Part shown: piece by piece, positions 39,100-50,289 of the stretch | How the letters are laid out: each line of letters opens with the position of its first letter | Numbering within the stretch: the first letter of the stretch is position 1 | IMG/VR virus record: IMGVR_UViG_3300027924_001186 | Location: 14,574-78,573 of that record | Source of the DNA: a virus | Lineage: Duplodnaviria > Caudoviricetes | Length of the DNA: 64,000 bases | Direction: 5' to 3' (one strand) | Position numbers and translations under genes: made by a program | The notes under the pieces: model-generated | Told to the model about the DNA's origin: nothing | The model's input: the letters and a program-made list of their open reading frames with translations, nothing else | The model's database searches: none

Positions 39100-42000
39100 A
39101 TGCCATTACCCATCTTACCAGCATCTAGTCCAAAAACCGGTGGGGGTTTCCAAGCCATCAAGGACCGCCTTACAGGTCAAGGTCAAAAACAATCGGCAGT
39201 CGATACGAATGATCCTGCGGCTATTGTACAACCTTTCAATAGAATATCATCGGGAAATTCGACGGCCATATCTCGAAATGAAGATGCGAACGCAAAAGCC
39301 ATCGCTATATCCCAGGGTTCTATGGTCAATCCTTTAATTCCTCTGGTTCAAAATGTAAATGAGACTCTAATTCGGAATCCATAAAACATTAGTAAGCATA
39401 TTAGATGTTTTGAAAACTATGGGTGGTAATCTGCAAGCCAATATGGGTAACACCGGAATAGGATTCGGTAGGATTCGGCGATATTGCAGGGGCAGTTATC
39501 GGTGGCGCCGCGGGAGCCAAAGGCTTTTCGGTTCTTAAAGACAAGATATTCGGTCCTAAAGGTGGTACACCTCCTCCTGCCGCGGGTGCCGCTAAAAAAC
39601 CGGGATTTTTTGAAAAAATCTTTGGAAAGAGTGGCGCATCTATAGCGGATGAAGCCCATGGAATTAGAGCACCCGGCTCTCCCGTCGGTGCTGCCGGTGC
39701 TGCAGAAGCCGGTGCTGCAGGTAAAGCTGGTGGGTGGTTTAGTAAGTTGGGCAAATTCTTCGGGACAGGTAGTAAGGTTCTTTCTAAAGCGGCTGCGCCT
39801 CTGACCATCGCTATGACTATGGCGGAGAATATGGATGAATTGAAAGAAACGGGAGCGGTCGATCCGTTAAGGCAGGCTATGAAAGCGGGAAGCGGGTTGG
39901 GTAAGGTTTTCAGTACCGATCAACCCTTCTTCTCTATGAGTCGATTAGAAGGAGCCGGAGAGGCGATATCGGGCGCCACGGGCGCTGTCTATGGGGTGGG
40001 TACTCAGATTGGTAAAGCGATCAACGATGCCATTCCCGATGATGTTTCCGACCAAATCATAGATGGTATCGCAGGTCTCTTCGGTGGTGAAACGAATGCG
40101 GATAGAGCCAAGAAGGCGAAGGAACTCGAAGAGAAGCAATCCAAGGAATGGGAAGAGCGCAAGAAGATGCGCGAAGCCGAGAAAAAGAGGCTCGAGGAAG
40201 AACAGAAGAGAGCAGACGAGCAAAAGAAGGCTGATGAGGAGAAAAAGAAATCCGAAGATAAGATAGCCGCGGAAGAGGAAAAGAAGAGAAAGGAAGAATG
40301 GGATATCCTGAAAGAAGGTCAGATGACCGCCTCATCGGCGAATACCGCGGGTGCAATCAGCGATACGACAGGAGTCAATGTTGCTAATACTGCTGATGTG
40401 GGTGGATTAAAACCGATCAGCTCTCCATTGCCTAGAGTAGGTATGGATGATCCTAATGATCCTAGACCCGAACAAAAGAATTTCTCCAATGTTCAAGATT
40501 TCATTAAAGAACAAAATGCTTGGGAGACTCGCCACCCATTCATCAAACCCGAAGCGACACCTTCTCCTGATATAAATGCTGTTAAAACTAATGTTAAACC
40601 TTCTCTAACACCAACTCCGGTAACCGCCGGAACCTCGCCTAACATAATAGAAGCGACCACGAAGGCAGAAACATCGGTGATGATTAACCAGCCGAAAGAT
40701 AAGCCGGTTCCCGTGGTTATGACCGATGAGAAGGGGGTGCCATTAGTCAACTCTGTCGACAGAAAAGAGCAAGCCAATCGCCTCGGTGGTTCTACAGCAG
40801 CACCTGGAGCGGCAGCACCTGGAGCGGCAGCACCAACGCCTGGAGCGGCACCAGCAACCGAAGGTGCTACCAGAGTACCGGTAGAACCCGGAAAAATGGA
40901 TTACACTCGATCGACATCGACAAGAACCTTATCGGGGGATCTTGAAGGGTTAGGTTTAACTCCTGAAAGAATGTCGGCGTTGGCTAAAGAGATGGGGTTC
41001 GATATCAGTCCGGAAGAAGCTAAAAATGCTCCGGATAAAGTCTTGGCAAAACTCGGTGGTAGTATATCATCTCTGATGCATCAAAGCGAGGCTAAAGGAA
41101 CTCCGGGTGGTGTACCTCGAACAGCCTATAATCCGGATCGAAGAAGCCCGGTTGGAAGATCCGGTTCAGAAACAAAGAGAACTAACACGCAATTCGGCGG
41201 TCAGCCTTCGGCGATAGAACAAGCACAAACTCAGGCGGCAGTTCAAGATGTGGTGGCGCAAGCGATGACTCCCGCGTCACCTCCCGCGGTAACTCCATCG
41301 GCACCCGGCGCAACGACACCATCTCTAGGACAAGTGGCGCAAGGCACCGCCGCCGGAGTCAGCGGGATGCTTGCAACTCAAGGAGTACCCGGAGCAGCAC
41401 CGATAGCACCTTCTGCTGCACCGACTACGCCATTGGGAGATAGAGCCGTTGCGATGAAAACAACCGGTGCCGCTGTCGATCTGAGTGGATTTAGAAAATT
41501 CAATAAAGAGGAAAAAGAGAGCTTCAGTAATCTTAATACCGAGTTCGCGGGTAGAGTTTCCGATTTAGCGAAGAGGTATAAAGAAGCGACAGGCAACGAA
41601 TTGGGTCTCGGAGAATCGGGAGGTGGTAGCAAGGATAGCCTATACCGTTCGGTAGAAACTCAACAGAAATTAAAAGAGCAGTATGGGGCTAATGCAGCCA
41701 CCGCGGGGTATAGCGCTCACGGATTAGGGTTAGCTGCCGATTTAGACCAAAAAGCCATGGAGTGGGCCGCCAACACCAAAGATCCGACGACGGGTAAGAG
41801 TATCTTAGAAAGCGTCGGATTAGCCAGAGTGGCACCTAATAAGAAGACGGGTGGTGTTGAGAAATGGCACGTCACTCCTCAAGAATTGGGAGCCGAAATG
41901 GGCAAGAACCAAAAACTTCTTGCCATTCAAAATCAATTTGCGGGGAAAGGAAACGGAAAACTCACCGGCGATGAGGTATTACAACAAGCCGGGGTTCAAC

Positions 42001-44084
42001 TCAATACCATCAGTTCTGCAGGAAAGGCTTTGGCGGCTCAAGGACAAGCCGGTGCAGCACCGACACCGTCTCTAGGACAAGTGGCTCAAGGAGTAGCAGT
42101 AGGTGTTCCTGCAATGCTTGCATCTCAGGGAGTACCTGGAGCAGCAGCGGTTTCTGGTGCAATTTCTAATGTCCAACAGGGAGGTAAAACATTCGCCGGT
42201 AATGTCGAATCGGCAATCAAATCGGCTGCCGATGCGACAGGAGTTCCGCTCTCATACATGCGTACTATGGCTCAAATTGAATCATCGGGAGATCCGACCG
42301 CGCATAGAACAAATTCGAAATATACCGGTCTCTATCAGTTTGATGAAGCAACGGCAGCCAGTGTAGGAGTAAAGGATAGAAACGATGCCGGGCAAGCCGC
42401 TCTGGGTGCTGCAAAACTAGCACAAAAGAACATCAAGTCATTGAAGGGTTATGGTATCGATGTCGATATCAATAAGAATCCGGAACTAGCATATCTGGCT
42501 CACCAGCAAGGTGCTAAAGGGGCAGCCGATATAATCAAGGCAGCCCAAACAGGCGGGCCCGTAAGCGATCGACTCCGCAAGACGATGGATGCTAATGGCG
42601 GTAAAGGTATGAATGCTGCTCAATTTTTAGAGCATTGGAAAAAGACCTACGATAAGAAAGCAGGACAAGTCGGACACAAACCAGGAGAGGCTGACACCGC
42701 AGCACCAACAACGCAAACACCTACGGCTCCTTCGGTAACTGCTGCACCGACTACACCTACGGCTCCTGCTGTAGCAACTGCTGCACCTGCACCGACAAGA
42801 GTCCCTGTCGCATCGGGACAGATGGATCGCAGACGATCGACATCGATAAGAAATATCGATTCGTCTCTAGCCGATTTAGGTTTAACTCCTGAAATGGTCG
42901 CCTCCGCATCGCAAGCCATGGGTTTGGGTAATAGGAGTGCCGATGAGTTATTGACAATAGGTGGGCAGCAAGTATCTGCTCTTCTTCATCAAAGCGAGGC
43001 TAAAGGAACTCCGGGTGGTGTACCTCGAACAGCCTATAATCCGGATCGAAGAGCACCGGTGGGTAGAAGCGGAAGAGAGACGATTAGGACTAACACGCAA
43101 TTCGGCGGTCAGTCTACGGTGAACGAACAATCGCAAATCGTTCCTAATCCTATCACTCAGAACACGGTCAGTGGTATGACTCCACCACCGGCTGATATAT
43201 CTACTCAAGCGCCACCGGATATCGCTGCACTAGGACCCAGAGCCGCCCAAAATTACAATCTACTGAATATGCCGAATGTTCAGGCATCATTAGATGCTCT
43301 AAAATCAGGTGGGGCTAATATCTTATCGAGTGCGGGAGGGTTCGCTAGAAACTTCAACGAAGCCACAGGTAACGCATTAAGAGGAACAGGAATACCTAAA
43401 GCCATAGGCTCTGCTTTAAATAGTGGAATGTCGGCTGTAGACTCTATCAGACAAAGTGGCGGACTAGGTTCTATGATGAGCGGAGATATTTCAGGATTGG
43501 TGGATCGCGTAGCACCCGAGTTATCTTCGGCAATAAGTGGTGTTCAAGGAGTGTTCAATCAATCGTTATCCGGTGCGGGAGGGTTCGCTAGAAACTTCAA
43601 CGAAGCCGCGGGTAACGCATTAAGAGGAACAGGAATACCTAAAGCCATAGGCTCCGCACTCAATTCCTCCGGTGGTATCGGTAATGCTGTCGGCGGTGCT
43701 CTTTCTTCCGTCGGCGGTGCTCTAGGGTCGATGGGAAGCGCCGCCGGAGATGCCCTATCATCTCTGACGAGCGGATTGCCATCGTTATCTTCTATGGGCA
43801 CCGGAATGATGAGCGGCGCATTAGAAAGTGCCGGTTTGAATGACAAGGTTAACGAAATGAGAGCGTCCGCCGATACTCAAAATGCAGTTAGCGCACAAAA
43901 CAGCGGGAAAAGATCCGGAGAGACGAGAGTCAATCCGGAAAGAGGATCTTCTATCATGGAAGGTCAGTCGACAGGACCTATCGAAGTTAGAAATCCTGAA
44001 TCGAGTATCAGGCGATTAACCGACATGTTGATAGCCTACACTTTCCGGTTAAAAATCAATGACTTATGTAATTATGTTTTCTAA
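39100..44084 (+). CDS. Baseplate hub/tape-measure-like protein with M15 peptidase and lytic transglycosylase domains (apparent frameshifts at 39373 and 39466)
   Basis: Position after gp26/gp51; charged coiled coil; YRSVETQ...SAHGLGLAADL...EKWHV (M15); MAQIESSG...YTGLYQF (SLT/lysozyme-like); two C-before-GG corrections give one frame. Confidence 0.75.
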
Positions 44085-44197
44085 AGGTCGTCACCCAAGT
44101 ATCAGTATTTGAGTAAAACTCTTCTTTGGGTATTCGTTTAATCTCTTGAGTAGTGATATTAAATGCTGATACAGTCCCGAGTAAATGATGAGAACCA

Positions 44198-44875
44198 TTA
44201 GAAACTCTTGTTCTTACTTCCGGAGGATATCGCATCGAAGATAGATGCGATACTTCCGATCAGCGGATTATCTTCTACCGTTTCGACTCGAGCGAGTTTG
44301 ATCAGATCGGCTTTTTCATTCTTCGCTCTTTTCAAAGTTGACCCTCTAACTGCTGGGCTGGATGACTTAAAGAGAGCCGCGTTATTGGCTATCTTGTAAT
44401 CCTGTATCGCGGAAACGATATCCGCATCGCTCATCTTATCGACATTCTTACCCGATAGCGATTTAGCGATTAGCGATGTTCCACCACCGAACTGAACACT
44501 CGTGGACCAGATTGCATCTCGAACAGCCGGTCCTCTCTTAGAAAGATCGATGCCTTTCTGCTTCAGAAAATCGATTTGAGGTTGATAATATCGATTTAGA
44601 ATATATTTGTGTTGATCTTCTCCAAATTTATCATCACTGGCAAGTTGCTTCCATTTTAAATCAAATTCTCTTGTTCCAACTTTCAACCCCCCAAACTCTT
44701 TTTCATAGCCGAATTGGTTTATAAATTCATCAACAACCCCCATTTTACTGCTAAATTGATATGTACCATAAGATTTCCCACCATAATCTCCTTTTCCACT
44801 GCTAATAGTTCCTGGTCCACTATTTCCAGATTCGTATTTGCGAGAAGTATCACCTATCTGCCATTTAGTTTTCAT
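44198..44875 (-). CDS. Putative endolysin (lysozyme-like, resembling the VgrG3 C-terminal hydrolase)
   Basis: GDTSRKYESG...DYGGKSYGTYQF...AIWSTSVQFG. Confidence 0.7.
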   Translation of the reverse strand: MKTKWQIGDTSRKYESGNSGPGTISSGKGDYGGKSYGTYQFSSKMGVVDEFINQFGYEKEFGGLKVGTREFDLKWKQLASDDKFGEDQHKYILNRYYQPQIDFLKQKGIDLSKRGPAVRDAIWSTSVQFGGGTSLIAKSLSGKNVDKMSDADIVSAIQDYKIANNAALFKSSSPAVRGSTLKRAKNEKADLIKLARVETVEDNPLIGSIASIFDAISSGSKNKSF

Positions 44876-45539
44876 TGTATATACTCCTTTTTAAAGTTTC
44901 TGATATTTTTCTTTTTGTTTCTTCTGAATGAGTTTTACCGTTTTAATGATTCGCTTATTTTTCGTTTGTGTTCTTCCGAATGCGGTTTTCTTCTTTTTTC
45001 TTTATTCACCTCAGACATCGACCTTCCTTTTAACGAAGCACCAATTTTAGATTTTGTTTCTTCTGAATGAGTATACCCCTTTTTTATAGAACTTAATTTA
45101 TTTTTGGTATCTTGTGTATGGGGGTTTCCAGGTTTTCCTTTTTTAGAAGCAGACATTTCTGTTTTCCATTTTTCGGTATGCGGTCTCTTCTTTCCTTTAT
45201 TAGATTCACTTATCTTATTGCATACCTCTTCAGTCATTTTTATATATCTTCCAGCATTACCATTAAGTCCTTTTGGAAACAGAGAAGTTTTTGCTAATTC
45301 TGTCTCTCGTAATAGACATTCTTCTTTGGAATAGATGCCGAGAAGTTCTATTTGAAAATCTTCTTTCATCGCACCGTCTTCAATCAACCTCTTAATATAA
45401 ACTCCACCGTTTACCATTCATATGCTCTTCGAAACGATCAAGGTATGTTTTACCCTCTTTCCAACAAGATCCGATAATAGATTAAACCGGTGGGTCTATG
45501 CGTTATCTTATAGAGTTGAGCATAAATACCATTAGTCAT
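44865..45539 (-). CDS. Free-standing GIY-YIG endonuclease J with NUMOD3, three apparent frameshifts
   Basis: LYKITHRPTGLIYY/GSCW...MNGK/GGVYIK...GLNGNAG; extra G near 45473, 45410 and at 44940. Confidence 0.75.
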
Positions 45540-45609
45540 TTTAACCTCCTTAACAGGTTTAGTGATTAGAAGCCCATTTCTACTACCATAGAAATGGGCT
45601 TCGCTATTG
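45522..45609 (+). repeat. HEG leader element, divergent copy J
   Basis: CAT-TTTAA-CCTCC-N5-AGGTTTAGTGATTAG; 14-bp hairpin GAAGCCCATTTCTA/TAGAAATGGGCTTC. Confidence 0.75.
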
Positions 45610-45610
45610 A

Positions 45611-45898
45611 TTACTTATCACCCCAGCCACTAGATGGCTCTACGGTCTCTTTTTGAGGTGCGGGTTTCTTGATTATAGGCGCCGAATCATCCTGCGAGTC
45701 TTCTTGAACAACGGGTTTCTTTTTATCGGGCAAAAAGGCACCTACCGCTCCGGCTAATGCTATGGCAACCGGGATAATCGCTTCAGCTTGATCGGGATGC
45801 TGTTGAGCCCAGCCACCGGCAACCAACATGATAATGCCGCGCCAGGTTGATGCTTCCTTCAATCTCGATAGTATATAGTTTATAATCAATTGTTTCAT
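45611..45898 (-). CDS. Putative holin
   Basis: RLKEASTWRGI motif, two short hydrophobic segments and a charged C-terminus; near the endolysin. Confidence 0.65.
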   Translation of the reverse strand: MKQLIINYILSRLKEASTWRGIIMLVAGGWAQQHPDQAEAIIPVAIALAGAVGAFLPDKKKPVVQEDSQDDSAPIIKKPAPQKETVEPSSGWGDK

Positions 45899-45919
45899 TT
45901 CAATCCCCTTTATGGTCTT

Positions 45920-46312
45920 CTAATTATTTGGAGAAATCGTGTATCGATGTTTGATGTCTTTCAAAATGTCGAGCATTTGCTTATGATGGGGGGTGGGGTC
46001 AGATGGGTTTAACGAATTTAAGAATAACAAACACGATTTAATCACCCCGAATTCATCATCGCAGCATATCACTTTCCAAATCAGATTAGATGCCTCAATT
46101 CCAAATACATTCAGACAAATTATGATATTATTAAGAAGAAGCTTATCACTCACAATTCCGGACGAAAGAAATCTTCTAGCCATTTTTCTTATAATGTAAA
46201 AGCGAAAAAAGTCTCGTCGGAACTCATCTTCATTAAACATGGTTTTATTGGGATAGGCGTCGAGAGCTATCTTGATAACATATTCTCGATTGGTGAGTAT
46301 CTTAGTCATCAT
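45920..46312 (-). CDS. Conserved T4-like hypothetical protein
   Basis: EFRRDF.RF.IIRK...LLLNNIIICLNVFG. Confidence 0.75.
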   Translation of the reverse strand: MMTKILTNREYVIKIALDAYPNKTMFNEDEFRRDFFRFYIIRKMARRFLSSGIVSDKLLLNNIIICLNVFGIEASNLIWKVICCDDEFGVIKSCLLFLNSLNPSDPTPHHKQMLDILKDIKHRYTISPNN

Positions 46313-46665
46313 GCGCCGTTTTGATTCTTTTTGGGACGCCCTCTTACTCTCTTTTCAGGAACCACTTCAGTTTCCTTGATCTCTTCGGAAACCGGCTCCA
46401 CTGTGGCTACAGATCCTTCGAAGCTTGGTTCTGTGGAGATTTCGATTACTGCAGGGCTTTCTGCCGTGGTAATCTCGACGAAGGTGCTATCAACCGTGCA
46501 GTCTTCGTTAGTTTCGATTTCGAGAACGACAGAAGGTTGCGCTGCTTCGATTCTAGATTTGAGACCTCTTAGAGAAATCAAGACTTCTCTGGTTTTAGGG
46601 TGGACCCAACCTTGTTCGGTTGCGACCGCATAAGGTGCCCATTTTGGGGGTGACAGATTTTTCAT
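46309..46665 (-). CDS. Conserved T4-like hypothetical protein
   Basis: PPKWAPYAVATEQGWVHPKTREVLIS; acidic tail. Confidence 0.7.
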   Translation of the reverse strand: MKNLSPPKWAPYAVATEQGWVHPKTREVLISLRGLKSRIEAAQPSVVLEIETNEDCTVDSTFVEITTAESPAVIEISTEPSFEGSVATVEPVSEEIKETEVVPEKRVRGRPKKNQNGA

Positions 46666-46712
46666 ACTTCTTACCTCTTTTACATGGATATATTCTTATT
46701 TATAACCAGGAC

Positions 46713-46741
46713 TTGACAAGGATGGTTTTGTGTGCTATACT
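46713..46741 (+). promoter_or_regulatory. Sigma70-type promoter for primase
   Basis: TTGACA 46713-46718, 17-nt spacer, TGcTATACT ending 46741. Confidence 0.85.
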
Positions 46742-46763
46742 ATAAAAAACTGAGGCAAACATC

Positions 46764-47792
46764 ATGCTATGGGTAGACATCAAGTACGCGAATATTCTGG
46801 GAAGCAATCTTACTAAGTTCAAGGTTAAAAGTCAAACCCCCTATATTGCCAACTATAGATGCCCTCTTTGCGACGATATCGAAGAGAAGAAGCGAGCCCG
46901 AGGCTATCTACTAGAGAAGGATGGCAAGATAAACAGCTATTGTCATAACTGCGGGGCTTCGATGTCGTTAGGGAACTTCATCGGAACGATAGACCAGCAT
47001 CTTTACCAAGAATATCGACTAGAGATGTTGAGAGAAAGGTGGGATAAACCTAAAGAGGAAAAGGAGATAAAGTTCTCTCAACCGGTGTTCAAGCGAACTA
47101 TCAAACTAGGTCAGCCACTTTCTGATTCAATAAATAACCGTGCTTATGATTATGCGGTAAAAAGGCGAATACCACAGAAGTTTTATAATAGTCTCTTTTA
47201 CCTGGAAGACCTAAACGCTTTAACGAGACAAATAGAAAAATATAAGGACACGGCATTCAGTAAGGATCCTGTTCTCGTTATTCCATTTTATACAGCGGAA
47301 AGAGAATTCAGCTATATGAATTGCCGTTCTATCTCCCCAAAGGCATCTTTCAGATACTATGTTTTAGAAGTCGGTAATACCCATCCAAAAATTTGGGGAT
47401 TAGAGTTCGTCGATTGGACTCAGCCCGTTTTCGTCTTCGAAGGTCCGATTGATGCCATGTGTGTCCCCAATTCTATTGCCATGGCAGGAGTAAGTGGAAA
47501 CGAGTCGATCAAGTATATCACATCTAAGAAGAAAAAGGATGTCTGCTTTGTTTACGATAGCGATTGCATTTATAACCAAGAGGTTCGCAAGCAGGTTGAG
47601 AAGAGAATCAAAGAAGGTTTTAGTGCTGTTATCTATGACAAAAATTTTCCCGGAAAAGACATAAACCAAGTAATTTGTGATAATCTTATGTCACCTAACG
47701 AAGTTCTAGAGTATCTTCGAAACCGTTCGTTCAATGGGCTTCGTGCGTCTATCGAACTATCTCACCAAACCAAAGCCAGCAAAACCTTTTAG
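46764..47792 (+). CDS. gp61: DNA primase
   Basis: NYRCPLCDD...YCHNCG zinc finger; TOPRIM VFEGPIDAM, YDSD, KDIN. Confidence 0.95.
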   Translation: MLWVDIKYANILGSNLTKFKVKSQTPYIANYRCPLCDDIEEKKRARGYLLEKDGKINSYCHNCGASMSLGNFIGTIDQHLYQEYRLEMLRERWDKPKEEKEIKFSQPVFKRTIKLGQPLSDSINNRAYDYAVKRRIPQKFYNSLFYLEDLNALTRQIEKYKDTAFSKDPVLVIPFYTAEREFSYMNCRSISPKASFRYYVLEVGNTHPKIWGLEFVDWTQPVFVFEGPIDAMCVPNSIAMAGVSGNESIKYITSKKKKDVCFVYDSDCIYNQEVRKQVEKRIKEGFSAVIYDKNFPGKDINQVICDNLMSPNEVLEYLRNRSFNGLRASIELSHQTKASKTF

Positions 47793-47803
47793 AGGAATTT
47801 ATA

Positions 47804-48259
47804 ATGAATGATAAAGTTAATGTGTCTTCTCCCTATGAAGTAAAGGAAATCATTTTCCAGCGTCGATATCCTGGGTACATCTATCGTCGTGAAATCATCG
47901 ACGACAGCGATTTAGGTGGAAAAGGTAATATGATGATGGTCAACTGCTATTCATCCGACACCGGACATTGGATAGGTGACGCCCGAATGGCAAGATTCCT
48001 TTGTAAGGAATGCGGCTTGCGACAGTTACAGAAAGCACAGCCATACCATTGCGTTTGTTCTATCGGATTCAATGAAGAAGATCAGAAATGGTACGGATGG
48101 AGCCATAGAGCACTCTTCGGTTTCGGAATCGGGGATATGATTTTCGAAGAAGAATACGGAGATGAAGACACGGATTTCTCTAATCATGGATCAGTCCCAA
48201 TCCGCAATCTCGATGAAGCAAAGATTGCGGCTATTAATTTTGCTGCTTCAGTTTCGTAA
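47804..48259 (+). CDS. Conserved phage hypothetical protein
   Basis: SIGFNEEDQKWYGWSHRALFGFGIGD...AKIAAINFAASVS. Confidence 0.75.
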   Translation: MNDKVNVSSPYEVKEIIFQRRYPGYIYRREIIDDSDLGGKGNMMMVNCYSSDTGHWIGDARMARFLCKECGLRQLQKAQPYHCVCSIGFNEEDQKWYGWSHRALFGFGIGDMIFEEEYGDEDTDFSNHGSVPIRNLDEAKIAAINFAASVS

Positions 48260-48281
48260 ACACAACCTCTAGAGGAAACCA

Positions 48282-48461
48282 ATGAAAGATTACGATGATG
48301 AGTATCCGCGCCGTTCTAAGCCTGTTGAAAAGGGAAGAAAGACGCAGAAGTTAAAGAACTTGTTTAAGAAAATAGATCCTAACTCCATCCCTCAGATCGA
48401 AGAAGATGAAGAGTTTGAAGAGTTGGATCACTTCACCAAGATTGCCCATGTGAGAAGATAA
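48282..48461 (+). CDS. Small hypothetical protein (59 aa; below the ORF-track cutoff)
   Basis: GAGGA SD; MKDYDDEYPRRSKP...HVRR*. Confidence 0.65.
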   Translation: MKDYDDEYPRRSKPVEKGRKTQKLKNLFKKIDPNSIPQIEEDEEFEELDHFTKIAHVRR

Positions 48462-48462
48462 C

Positions 48463-48954
48463 ATGCTAAATAAGGTTAGGCAAAGTTGGTATGATATGTC
48501 ATATCGTTGTAGAGATCCAAACAGATCGGACTATGATAGATATGGTGGTCGTGGTATAAAAATTTGTGATCGATGGGCAGACTTAAACAAAGTAAAAAGC
48601 GGGATTAGATATTACATTTCTCAAGGTCTCTTAAACTTTTTAGAAGATATGGAATCTACTTGGTTTCCTGGAGCAACTATAGATCGAATCGATAACGATG
48701 GTGATTACACCCCGGAAAACTGTCAGTGGATAACAAAGAGAGACAATTCAAAAAAAGCACATACAGGAGCCATTCGTTCGAAAGATTCTCGTGCCAAGAT
48801 GTCTAAATCACACTTAGGTCAGCAATTAGGTTCAATGTGGATTACAAATGGAATTGTAGAACAAAAAATTCAAAAGGGTGTACCTATTACAGAAGGATGG
48901 AGAAAAGGAAGAAAATTTTTCAAACGAACATCTAAAAAAGGTGAATTATCATGA
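48463..48954 (+). CDS. HNH homing endonuclease with NUMOD3-like tail
   Basis: YGGRGIKICDRW...TIDRIDNDGDYTPENCQW. Confidence 0.85.
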   Translation: MLNKVRQSWYDMSYRCRDPNRSDYDRYGGRGIKICDRWADLNKVKSGIRYYISQGLLNFLEDMESTWFPGATIDRIDNDGDYTPENCQWITKRDNSKKAHTGAIRSKDSRAKMSKSHLGQQLGSMWITNGIVEQKIQKGVPITEGWRKGRKFFKRTSKKGELS

Positions 48955-49820
48955 TTTGTTTACTGGACTATAGTCAAATCGTAATCTCATCCGCCATAGA
49001 ATACTATTCGCAAACCAAGGAAGCCATCGAACTTCCTCTTCTCCGTCACATTTCTTTGAATAACATCCTGTCGTATAGGAAGAAGTTCAAGGCGAAGATC
49101 GAGGAGATGGTAATCTGCTGCGATGGCAGAGATTACTGGAGAAAGGGCGTCTTCCCTCTCTACAAGCAGAATAGAAAGAAGGATCACGACAAATCGGATT
49201 TTAACTGGGATAAGTTCTTCGAGGACTTTAACCAGATCAAAACCGAGATCAAAACCGAACTACCTTTTAATGTGGTAGAAGTCTATGGCTGCGAGGCAGA
49301 TGATGTTATCGCAGTTCTCAGCAAGCAGCAGTGCCCTCATCAGGATAGAATCATCATCATATCCAGCGACAAGGACTTAATTCAGATACAGGAGAATATC
49401 TGTCCGAAAGTCGAGCAATGGTCTCCGTTCCATAAGAAATTTATCTCACCTAAAACCAATTCCTATAGTCTATTCGAGCATGTAATTAGAGGTGATGCTG
49501 GAGATGGTATTCCTAATATCTTAAGCGACGATGATGTATTCATGGATGATAGCAAGAGATCGAAGCCGATTCGAGCTACTAGCATCATGCAATGGGAGCA
49601 GAGAGGTGGAATGAGTTATCCCGAAAGTTTCTGCACACCGGGTGAAATGCTGGAGCGTTTCAATCGAAATCTCAATCTAATCGATCTGCGCCAGATACCC
49701 GAATGCTTCATCCAAAAGATCATCGAAGAATTTTCGAACTATCAAAGACCCCCAGCCAATGTATTCGGCTATCTTACGAAACACAAGCTCAAAAAGATTT
49801 TAGAATCGGGGGTGTTATAA
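48951..49820 (+). CDS. rnh: RNase H / 5'-3' exonuclease
   Basis: LLDYSQI, CCDGRDYWRK, YKQNR, EADDVIA, SSDKDLIQ, GDAGDGIPN. Confidence 0.95.
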   Translation: MICLLDYSQIVISSAIEYYSQTKEAIELPLLRHISLNNILSYRKKFKAKIEEMVICCDGRDYWRKGVFPLYKQNRKKDHDKSDFNWDKFFEDFNQIKTEIKTELPFNVVEVYGCEADDVIAVLSKQQCPHQDRIIIISSDKDLIQIQENICPKVEQWSPFHKKFISPKTNSYSLFEHVIRGDAGDGIPNILSDDDVFMDDSKRSKPIRATSIMQWEQRGGMSYPESFCTPGEMLERFNRNLNLIDLRQIPECFIQKIIEEFSNYQRPPANVFGYLTKHKLKKILESGVL

Positions 49821-50021
49821 ATGAAGAGGTGTTTGGTGGCGTTGGTGAGTTTTATAATTTTTATCATCGAATTTCTGTTACAAGTTTCAGTATTATTCAT
49901 CCAATCTATCGCCACCATTCCCGTCATCTTCTTATTCTGTATCTTCAGATACCATAATAGAATACAACTCTTCACATCTAAAACATCATTCTTTATTATC
50001 GAAGAAACAGAAGAAATATGA
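49821..50021 (+). CDS. Small hydrophobic protein
   Basis: Packed ORF with two hydrophobic segments. Confidence 0.5.
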   Translation: MKRCLVALVSFIIFIIEFLLQVSVLFIQSIATIPVIFLFCIFRYHNRIQLFTSKTSFFIIEETEEI

Positions 50022-50031
50022 GGTAAGTTAT

Positions 50032-50286
50032 ATGCCGACATTCAGTTATAGATGTGGTTCTTGTCAAAGAACTTTCGAATTGTTCTTAAAAATCGGTGAA
50101 AACGGTATACCGGTTGTCGAGCCGTGCCCTTATTGTCACCAGACTCGAGTTCAACAAACCATCACGTCAGCCGTACCTTTAGCCGACCCGTATTCCGTTG
50201 GGAGGTATCATCACACGGATGAATGGAGAAGTATCTTGAAAGGAATCAAAGATAAAAATCCTAATTCAAACATCAACATTCCATAG
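50032..50286 (+). CDS. FmdB-like zinc-ribbon protein
   Basis: MPTFSYRCGSC...CPYC...W..ILKGIK. Confidence 0.85.
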   Translation: MPTFSYRCGSCQRTFELFLKIGENGIPVVEPCPYCHQTRVQQTITSAVPLADPYSVGRYHHTDEWRSILKGIKDKNPNSNINIP

Positions 50287-50289
50287 CGG

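Noticed and set aside
11977-44084. regA, gp26 and the hub/tape-measure gene as pseudogenes
   Set aside because: Each is repaired by removing one or two identical-context bases, and the proteins otherwise look intact; a sequencing artefact is more parsimonious.
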